From the NCBI GenBank assembly GCA_027604505.1, contig JADIIX010000106.1:1-64000 (forward strand): a stretch of DNA of 64,000 nucleotides. The letters run 5' to 3'. The stretch is from Gonapodya sp. JEL0774. Lineage: Eukaryota. The position numbers and the translations under genes are program-made. Each line of letters opens with the position of its first letter. Position 1 is the stretch's first letter. Below the pieces are notes generated by a model. It saw only the letters and a program-made list of their open reading frames with translations, did not search any database and was not told the origin of the DNA. This document shows positions 55,964 to 64,000 of the stretch, one piece after another.

Positions 55964-58029
55964 ATGCTGTTACACGTTCAATCCGCCGCAGTGGCCGCAC
56001 GCGCTTCTTGTTCCCTGGCCGCTGCCGCTGCCGTCCGTGTCGCTGGGACCCGCGCGAGCACCTCTGCCAGGACAACCCTGTCTTTGTCAGAGACGATGGG
56101 AGTTGGAACATATCACACAGAAGCGAGAGTGCGGGCGCGGACGGTGACGCGCCCGGCGGCGGGGACACGAGTGGGATTGGAACCTGTCGTGCCCCGACGC
56201 TTTTCCTCACGGCCGGCCATCATGTTCGCTTCCGACTCTGCCGCTGCCGCTGCACGTCCACTTGAAAGCAATGTGTCTAGGGCAAGCGTTGCACCGCATG
56301 CTGAGGTGGCCGCCGGCGGGGAGACGGTAGAGGTGAGGTTTGAAGACGGGAGGAAGTCTCAGTTGTGAGTGTGTCGTAGTACGGGGGAGAATGAAATTAA
56401 TTTAAGGTGAAATAGCTTTTAGCGTGGTTCGCAGAGGAGAGTTGGCGTTGCTGGGGAGATGGGAGGAGTGGGAACTGCTGAATTCAGTGGAGCTGACTGA
56501 CTTGCTACGAATTCAATGACACGGAGACAATGCCCATTTTCAGCGGGAAAGTGGATTTGCCGCGTTTGCCTGGGCACGAGAGTTGGTGCCAAAGAGCTGC
56601 TTACCTGGAATTCAATTGCAAAGCTGAGCATCTCCAACTCCCTCACCATCGCGGACCTCGATTTCTCACACGCAACCCCGTGCTCTTACACACGTCAAAT
56701 ATCTCTCTGAAGCCACACCATCTGGCTCCGTGACCACTGCCGATGTCCCCGCTGCTTTCACCCAAAGACAAAACAACGTCTCGTCCCCACCCACGCCATC
56801 CCTCTGGACATTCAGCCGCTTTCCATTTCCGTCTCTAGCACTGCGACGTCTTCCACGAACCCGGCAACGCAAACTACATCCACCCTTCAACCATCTCTCC
56901 ACGTCACATGGCCACCCCTCCAGGGAGTCGACCCAGCACCCCACACATCGACCTACCCCTTATCCTGGCTCGCCAACCACTCCTACCACCCTAAGCTCGA
57001 GCGTCCGCCAACCCGCCAACCCCGTCAGCGTACTCTATGGGGTGCCGAACTTTCATCCCTCATCGACTCCGGTCGGCTCTCTACTCCTTACAATTCCGTC
57101 ATGTCCTCCGACGCCGGGCTCTCGTCTTGGCTTTCCACCATCGCCCACTACGGTATTGGATTCGTCGATGGGGTTCCCGTAACCATGGAGGACACAGAAA
57201 AGTTGGCAAGGAGGATCAGCCATCTGAGGGAGACGCATTACGGAGGCTTCTGGAGCTTCGAGGCGGATATGCAGCACGGTGACCTGGCCTATTCTACTGT
57301 GCAGTTGGGCGCGCACAATGATACCACGTACTTTACGGATCCGGTGGGGTGAGTTTGCATTGACCAGCGCACCCACCCAGGGCGACCAACTAAGGACCGT
57401 TCGCTGACATGTCACTTCTCGCGTCTTCCTACAACACATCTTTACGGGTGATATTACTTTATCATTACATCTATTATGCTCTCACGCCCAGTCTCCAAAT
57501 GTGGCACCAACTCCTCCACACAGGCACCGGCGGCGCCTCCCTCTACGTCGACGGGTTCCACTGCGCCGAGCAGCTCCGTCAGCGGAATCCCGCCGCCTTT
57601 GCATCTCTTTCCCGCATCCCCGTGCGGGCTCACGCCGCCGGTGATGACGATGTTATCATGATACCTGAGACCCCCGCATCTGGGAACCCCGTCTTGGACG
57701 TGGATCCTCGCACGGGTGCCGTGAACCGAGTGCGGTACAACAATGATGACCGAAGCGCGCTCGACAGTCTTGACGATCCGGCAGATGTGCCCGAGTTTTA
57801 TAGGGCTCTCAGGGCGTGGCACGATGTCGTGTCTTCACCGGAGAACGAGTGCTGGACACAGCTCAGACCCGGCAGGGTAGTGGTCGTGGATAACTCTAGA
57901 GTGATGCATGGACGGGCGTCCTTTGTGGGAAGGAGAGTCATGTGCGGAGCGTATGTGGGTCGAGATGAGTTTTGGAGCAGGGTCAGGACTGTGGTGGAGG
58001 GTGGGAGAGTGCGGGAGGAAGGGATTTAA
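55964..58029 (+). CDS. TMLHE: Trimethyllysine dioxygenase (carnitine biosynthesis; TMLH/BBOX family)
   Basis: IWLRDHCRCPRCFHPKTKQR, LRETHYGGFW, LAYSTVQLGAHNDTTYFTDP, VDGF, RYNNDDR and DNSRVMHGR. Confidence 0.9.
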
Positions 58030-58137
58030 TCAAAGTGATCATTGACTTTATGCTATATGATGCTAGTTATTCGATCACGATCTTTCTATAGGTGGCGCGT
58101 CTATGTAGATTCGACTTTCCAACCCTTTAAACCACGA

Positions 58138-59391
58138 TCAAACCAATGAGAATTCCAAGCAGGCCAAAACTATTACCCCGTCCCACCACGTTTTCTTCCC
58201 GTCCTCTTTCCCTGCCCTCGGCGGGACGTTGTCGCGGGCAGAAATCTCCACAGGATCTGGCATCACTTTTGTACTTGACATGCGCTTCACCACTCGGTCA
58301 AAGAACTCCGCGGTGGGGCTGCTGGCACTGGCTGTGGAGAGGTGTCGAGGGGTGGGGCTAGGAGAAGCTACTGTTCGCCGGCGACCGAGAGCGAAGAGGC
58401 GGAGGGGTTGGCCGGCAAGATAGGGGTTGATGGAGAGTTTCAGACCGAGGTCGAGGTTGAAGGTGTTCAGATCCAGATAAGGAGCGTACTTTGGGAGGTG
58501 TGAATATGAATGGTGTTTTAATAACACGGCGACACTGATATCCAATCACGCACGTACCAATTCACACGTGTAGATAGTATCCTGCTGCCACAGCCTCATA
58601 GCTCTATTTGCAGAGTTCCTGAAATATCCCCGCCGTGCGCCACCATCCCCTACGGGCGGGACTTTGCCGCCTGTTTGATCCCACAGCAGAGTCATGTCCT
58701 CCTTGACCTCGTCCTCGTCCCTCAATTCCCAGTGACCGAGCATGGCATCATCACTGGGCAGAGAAGTTCGAGAGACTCGTTGTGTGACTTTCTCAGTGTC
58801 GACAGTGAGATGACCTGAAGAGACAGCCGTTTCATCGCTGTGTCCAGTTCCTGTGGAGGCCGCCGAGGTGGGTTCAGGGGCTTTCGTGGAATTTATTGCG
58901 TGCAAGCCGCACGCTAAAGGGCTCAAAACCCAGGGAGTGGAGCATCCCAGATCGTGACGAATGGCTCCGTCGATGAGCTGTGCAGCTTTCAGCGCCATGC
59001 CAGCTCCCCAAGGCGGTTTGACTGGCTTATCAAACACTGCACCAAAAACAACTTCGCCTGCATCAAACTCTTGCGAGAAGCGGCCCTGAAGTACAAGAGA
59101 GAATCGGCGCTTCCGAGTGGGGGTAAAGTATGGTGACGTTGTAGGTGATGGAGTCGGCTGGTCACTAGGCGAAACACCCGCAAAGTCACGTATGCGTAGA
59201 AAGACACGACCTGTAAAATGTTCTGACTAGTGTGTGCATGAGAAAATTTGGAACAAGCGTGTGAAGTGTTGGTTCCAAAGACTGCCCACCTGGATAAAGT
59301 GGGGTCTCGCAGCGTCGTTCACAACGGCAACCGTAAGATTCTCCGGATCTGGTCCTATCCTAACCTGAAGTTTTTCTTTTGTGGCAGGCAT
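58138..59391 (-). CDS. DUF1769-like fungal protein (3' end uncertain)
   Basis: LQVRIGP..VND...HFI|..HFTGRVFLRIRDF, RRFSLVLQGRF, VVFGAVFDKP, PWVLSPLACG, RRGYF, YLDLNTFNLDLG and GQPLR. Confidence 0.7.
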
Positions 59392-59722
59392 GATGAGGTT
59401 TGGAACGATGATTGCGCTTTTGGGAGTTCGCAGACTGTTCCTGTTGTCGTTTCCTCGACAAAGATCGAGAGGGCAGATGCAATGGAGAGATTGAAGAGGT
59501 ATTTGAGACGGAGCCAAAGATTTTGGAGAATTGAAATGCGGGATGATGGAAGAAGGGGCGATCGTTGTCGGAGTCCCCTCTGCGAAGGTGTCTTCGCAGC
59601 TCGCAGCGCACCAACGGAGTCTTATTTACACAAATATCACTAAAATTTCTTTTCACGTTGCTTATGCTCATGCTTTTAGTTGTGCTCTTTCCGCAGTGAG
59701 AACGTTCATACAATTGTGCTCC

Positions 59723-61785
59723 TTATTGAAACAGCAGAGCACCCGCCACGTCCACATTTCCTCCCGCCGCCTGTAATGCCTGCAAAGCTTCGTCCCGACT
59801 TGCCCCAAGCGCCATGAGCGTGGATATGTTCTCCTCCGAGAACGGAGGACGAGCGGGAAGGGGAGGTGATGGGCGGGCGGGCAAAGCTGGTGCGGGAACT
59901 GGCGTGGACGCTGTGGTTGCATGAGGTACTGGGTTCGGAGCGGCACCGAGGCGGTTTCCAGTGCCGGAAAAGGCTGTCGGAGCCGGGGAAGGGGAGGGAT
60001 TGGAAGGGCCGGCGACGGTGGGACGTGCAGGTGGCACAGCGAGTGCTGGCGAAAAAATTTTGTGATTCAAGATCCTGTACTTCTCGAAAAAGATGAGTCT
60101 TGCGCTGCTTATCTCACCTGGCGTCGGGCCGCCTTGTGCGGCGGGCTCCTTCCCCTTGGTATCAACATCCACATCCATTTCCCCTGTTGCCTCGAGCCGC
60201 GCTTTTGCTGGCAGTTCGTGCTCTGCAAGGAAGGGAACCTCTTCATCGTAAATACGGAGAACGTTGGCGCGGAGGTCGATAACCGCTTGGTGCCGCTTGA
60301 GCATGTCCAGTCCGAAGAGGAGGTCGACGCCCTTGCCTTCCATAACTGTCAAGGCAGCAGAAAGGTAAAAAGAGGATCACAATAGAGAAAAGTATCGTTA
60401 GTCAATGAACATCGGAGATTCCCGAAATCAGACATGGCGTTGGGGCGTACGAACCGGTGAAGGAACACGTGAAAAACTTTTTCCCGACCTTGAATGGCGC
60501 GGAATGAACCCTTCCAATAATCTTTGCTGTACCGACGCCCATAGCAACTCCTGCGAATCTCTTGTCTACGAGCCGCATGATGCCACAGGCCTCAGCACAT
60601 TCTGGAGAGACTGGTTTCATTGGCGGTCAAAAAAGGTAAGACGGATCAGTAACCTTCAGTGCGACAAATCTCGTAACAATTGGTATCTACCAGTAGCAAC
60701 TCACTGATTGTCGCCTGAGCTCCCGAGTCCACAAAAGCCTTGACAGGCTTGCCATTCACCTCCACATCCACGTAAAGCATGACAACCCGTCCAAACGCCT
60801 CGGGGTTGTGCTCCATCGCCAGTTCCATGTTTTCTTGCACACGTTCAGCTCTAATGGCTTCTTCAATCTTCCGCTGGGCCTCGATGTCGAAGGGGTCTGC
60901 GGATGCGAGAGCGTCGAACTCGCGCTGTCGGCGGAGTTCCTCGGCTTTCCGCGCGCTGACACGACTGGCGAAGAGAGTGGCAAAAGTGGTGGGGTCGGCG
61001 AGGGTCGAGGCGAGTTCAGGGTCCCGCTAAGTAGTCAATGGAAATAATCAGGCCACTTTCAGTTGAAGTGGAATTGAAAGTAGCAACCAGAGAATGACTA
61101 CCAGAAGTCGCACAAAGCGCTTCCATTTTATAATGTGTGTGTGTAATGAACAAATTGTGTGTTGATGGTGTTGAAGTTGAGTCCATCAATCCTGTTCCCC
61201 ATCTGAATTTGGACACCCTTTGGACACTTCACAACCCACGGTATGACTACAAACTCACTTGAGAAAGATTTCTTAGCATTTGAGGGTCTGCAAGAATCTG
61301 TTGTCTGACTATCTCGGCTTCACTCGGCTGGTTTCCTGTTGGTGGGGCGCCCACAGCAGGCACTACCGGTCTCTGGTTCCTCGCCCTCACAACCAACAGA
61401 ATGTCATCCGCTGTAACGCCATGTTGTTGTAGCGTCATTTTGTCGTCCTTCAGCTCGCGTCCATTGTGAACAATGACCTGGGAAGTTGCGGGTATGGACA
61501 GTTCTGCCTCAACAATGGCTTTCAGGATTTCGAGCTGAACAACAGATGAAGACACGCAGGACCATGAGGAAAGCGAGAAATGGCACCAACAGGATGGCGT
61601 TTCCGATGATCAAGGGATTCATTTGTGTCAATTTTACGTGAACCATGGAGTTCGAGACCAGCACAAGTTCGTTTGCAAACTCGTTTCACTCAAAGAGTTC
61701 GCGAATGAAATCTCACTTCTGTTGATAAATCGACCTCCACGGACGAGACATCTCCAGCTTCCGTCGTCAGCGAAATTCGAACCAT
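59723..61785 (-). CDS. DDI1: Ddi1 (UBL, retropepsin-like aspartyl protease, UBA)
   Basis: UBL exons; [55 protein letters not shown]-terminal UBA ([25 protein letters not shown]). Confidence 0.95.
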
Positions 61786-62354
61786 AGTGAGGGACCACCA
61801 CACAGGCTCTAATTACAAACAGTTGGCAAGCTCGATGTTCAGTGCATGCACTGGAATAATTAATATGTTGGACACACTTACGACAACACTTACGCAACCA
61901 CAAGAGTCCAAAAAGCCTGCAGCATTCCATTCGTTTCCATTAGTTACAATGCTTCTCTGCTCATCTGATAGCTTGAGGTTTTGCATTCCCCGCTACACCT
62001 TTAGTTCCCGCGTCAGCAGATCTCCTCGTTTCCCCTCTTTTTGTCTCTTTCTCTCCTGCAAACATTGTCGATCTCTTTTGCGAAATACGACGGAGCGCTA
62101 TCACTCTCCATGAGAACGTTCCCAGTCGGCGGTTCCAAGAAGGTCAGAGTCATGTTTTTCGATTCCGTACATCAATTTCATGGGAATTGGCGTTGCAAAA
62201 CTCAGTTTTGAATTTATTTTCTATCTCAACGCAATCTCCAATTATTATTGTTAGTCATAAGATTTTCCCTCATATGGTCGGCAAACCTTTTCCGATCCTA
62301 TAAAGCACCAACTTCCTTGTCGATTCGTCCACCGATTCCGATCTAAAGACTCCA

Positions 62355-64000
62355 ATGTCCACATCCGATATCTGGAAGTTCGATTTCGACCCTGTAAAGG
62401 TGGGCGACACCGTTCAATACGCCAATCGAATGGTCAAGGATCGCCGTTGTTCATCATTTCTCGTTTCCGACATAGCTCAAGGATAAGTACCTGTACGAGC
62501 GCGATCGACGACTAAGAAATGATCATGGAGCGCAATACATTACGATTGGCGAGGGCAAAGGTGCTAAATACGCCCCATGGCTGACGGACCCGTGGGCGCC
62601 AAGAAGAGAGCGGGCACCCATGGATATCAAAACAACAGTAGTCTTGGTGAGTTGATGAAATGCTTTGTGCTCAGGATGTACCTCAGATGCAATTATTTTA
62701 GGTCGGAAGTGGCTTCTCGGGTATCCAGATGGGCGCAAAACTCAAAACCGCCGGAATCTCTGATTTCAAAATCATTGATCGCGCATCCGACTTTGGCGGC
62801 ACTTGGTACTGGAACAGATACCCCGGTGCAGCATGTGACTCCGAGGCGTACTGCTATCTCCCACTCCTTGAAGAGACCGGATACATGCCTTCGATGAAAT
62901 ATGCGACTGGTAGTGAGATTTTGCAGGTAAACGCTGCTCTAAAAGTGCAAGTAACCAGAAAAAAGTTTCCCGATTTGACCAAAACATTTGTTAACCTGTT
63001 CAGCACTGTTGGCGCATGGCCAAGCACTTCGGTCTGTACGAACATGCAGTTTTCCAAACGGGGATCAAGGAATTCCGATGGGATGATTCTGCGAAGGTAC
63101 ATACTTGCTCCCAAAACTTGCTCTTGCCTTCACGTAACACAATCGACAAACGAACCCATAGGTGTGGAGGGGCTTCACCGACCGCGGAGACAAAGTTGCT
63201 GCTCGCTACTTGGTTACATGCGGAGGACCCATCAACCAGTGAGAGACCTCGCCCACTTTGCTCTCATTGATATCCGTTTCCGATTTTGTCATCTCTCCAG
63301 CCCGCACCTTCCCGACGTTGAGGGTATCGGATCTTTCAAAGGACACGAGTTTCACACCGCTCGATGGGATTACGCGTACACTGGTGGTAATCCTTTGACC
63401 AACGACTTCAACATGCATGGCCTCAAAGATAAGCGAGTGGCGATTATCGGTTGGTGTGCTACCTACCTCTGGCGACAGATTGGATTCACCTGTCTTCGAC
63501 CATCTGACGCTCGCCTATTCTTTACTTTCAAAAGGAACCGGCGCTACCGCCGTCCAATGCATTCCGTTTATTGGCGCATCAGCTGGGAAGCTGTACGTGT
63601 TCCAGAGGACCCCGTCAGCTGTCGATGTTCGCAACAACCGCCCGACGGACCCCAACTGGTGGAAGAGTCTTAAGCCAGGTTGGCAAGCAGTGAGCATCGT
63701 AGATCTCATTTCAAATCCTGTACTTTTCACTCACTGCCTAACCATCGTATATAGAAACGGGACTTTGACTTCCAGCTTCTCGGAGCGGGAGGCGATCCAG
63801 AAACTCCACTCGACGACGGCTTCAGCGAGTCGCTTAAGTCGTTTTTGTCGCTTGTGAAGCACCAGATGCGAACCGGTGAGGGTACACAGTACTCCACCCC
63901 TGAACTGTTGCAGCTAGCGGACTTCCGGCATATGGAGAGGATCAGGCGGAGGTGCGATGAGATCGTCAAGGACAAGAAAACAGCGGAAGCACTCAAGCCT
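62355..64000 (+). CDS. Type I Baeyer-Villiger monooxygenase, 3'-truncated by the window edge
   Basis: [32 protein letters not shown] fingerprint [25 protein letters not shown] and YVFQRTPS. Confidence 0.9.

Noticed and set aside
49628..61785. RT plus retropepsin (DSGA) within 12 kb read as an LTR retrotransposon
   Set aside because: The protease is the cellular Ddi1 (UBL and UBA, with introns). Three host genes intervene, and no LTRs, gag, RNase H or integrase are visible.

Overview
Gene-dense, intron-rich eukaryotic DNA with GT-AG introns mostly 50-120 nt long. It is most consistent with an early-diverging zoosporic fungus, based on a FOP/CEP43-type centriolar gene and fungal-type Pam17, Mpe1 and DUF1769 genes; this taxonomic call is inference. 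About 25 spliced genes can be reconstructed by hand: DDHD phospholipase, mitochondrial carrier, MYND/MSS51-like protein, Tag glycosylase, F-box protein, ABCC transporter, Mpe1/RBBP6, sideroflexin, a two-TM sensor, FOP, Ubc13, TauD dioxygenase, Pam17, alkaline ceramidase, Mago nashi, trimethyllysine dioxygenase, DUF1769, Ddi1 and a partial Baeyer-Villiger monooxygenase. Highlights: (1) an intact 9-exon rvt-type cellular reverse transcriptase gene (49628-53076, minus) with an atypical VMDD catalytic motif, head-to-head with mago nashi; (2) a tandem trio of unrecognised, mostly disordered paralogues sharing an N-terminal FLG[AS]R[ML] motif and a ~45-aa C-terminal helix (35.1-40.7 kb); (3) a tail-anchored coiled coil built of 32-aa repeats; (4) a ~750-bp TIR element with a second family member at the window start; (5) an F-box gene carrying a frameshift and an in-frame stop. 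All exon boundaries were read by eye and are approximate. Family assignments come from remembered motifs, not database searches.
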